From positions 14,004 to 78,003 of the forward strand of contig NZ_QFWH01000005.1 of assembly GCF_003149375.1 (NCBI RefSeq): DNA of 64,000 nucleotides. Reading direction: 5' to 3'. Positions 63,930-64,000 of the stretch are shown here, piece by piece (position 1 is the stretch's first letter; every line of letters begins with the position of its first letter). The DNA comes from Vampirovibrio chlorellavorus (GTDB lineage: Bacteria > Cyanobacteriota > Vampirovibrionia > Vampirovibrionales > Vampirovibrionaceae). Under the pieces are notes generated by a model that was not told the origin of the DNA, did not search any database, and saw only the letters and a list, made by a program, of their open reading frames with translations. A program made the translations under genes and the position numbers.

Positions 63930-64000
63930 AACACCCTAGTAGCTAACGAGCTTGATATTGCTATCAATAACGGTGAAGGAGGAAAGTTGCTCGTTTGTAC

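Noticed and set aside
1-64000. Scan for CRISPR arrays, IS elements or transposases, prophage genes and toxin-antitoxin pairs
   Set aside because: No regularly spaced direct repeats with unique spacers, no DDE or serine/tyrosine recombinase ORFs, no phage structural genes. The one RHH-like mini-ORF (21212..21430) has no adjacent toxin partner.

Overview
This 64 kb window looks like chromosomal DNA from a diderm (Gram-negative-type) bacterium with GC around 55-58%. The diderm call rests on Lgt, a Wza-like exporter, a TolC-like outer membrane factor and an RND pump. I cannot assign a taxon from the sequence alone. There are no transposases, integrases, CRISPR arrays or rRNA genes. Two tRNA genes are present.

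Gene content, in order along the window:
- 1.4-10.8 kb, minus strand: a seven-gene exopolysaccharide export/biosynthesis operon. It encodes a Wzx-like flippase, a sugar transferase, an NAD-dependent epimerase, a GT4 glycosyltransferase, a Wzy/O-antigen-ligase-like membrane protein, a Wza-like exporter and a GumC/Wzc-like chain-length protein whose C-terminal kinase domain has lost the Walker A motif.
- 11.2-13.1 kb: an exosortase fused to an EpsI-like domain, divergently paired with a tiny Gly/Asn-repeat secreted protein that carries a C-terminal transmembrane-plus-basic sorting-like tail.
- 14.1-20.8 kb: a TPMT-family methyltransferase, a TPR lipoprotein, a tryptophan 2,3-dioxygenase-family protein, tRNA-Val(CAC), class II fructose-bisphosphate aldolase, and a TauE/SafE permease.
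- 21.4-25.5 kb: a DUF115/Maf-family (MptE-like) protein and a YkgJ-type Cys-cluster protein.
- 25.7-37.0 kb: lgt, ispF, a Cof-type HAD hydrolase, an HxlR regulator, a KamA-family radical SAM aminomutase, a family-5 ABC substrate-binding protein and a GH35 beta-galactosidase.
- 37.3-41.1 kb: tRNA-Glu(UUC), mgtA and a YihY/BrkB-family gene.
- 41.3-47.0 kb: three prepilin-like genes whose products carry LamG-like, malectin-like and propeller-like extracellular domains.
- 47.0-52.9 kb, minus strand: an RND efflux operon (adaptor, AcrB-like pump with a His-rich cytoplasmic insert, TolC-like outer membrane factor).
- 53.1-59.9 kb: a ChrB-like protein, a DUF1624 acyltransferase, a multi-PAS histidine kinase, a sugar-phosphate-isomerase-type TIM-barrel protein and a STAS-domain protein.
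- 59.9-63.9 kb, minus strand: two start/stop-overlapped paralogous membrane-anchored proteins of unknown function with Pro-rich tails.

Features that the gene calls do not explain:
- A three-copy, roughly 130-160 bp intergenic repeat family. It has a conserved core and outer stems that differ between copies but stay complementary within each copy. Two copies flank lgt.
- A pair of paralogous hypothetical proteins 18 kb apart.
- Two sets of GTAG-containing tandem direct repeats in promoter regions.
- A triple palindromic operator in front of the HxlR gene.
- A 32-codon zinc-ribbon ORF that is absent from the ORF track.
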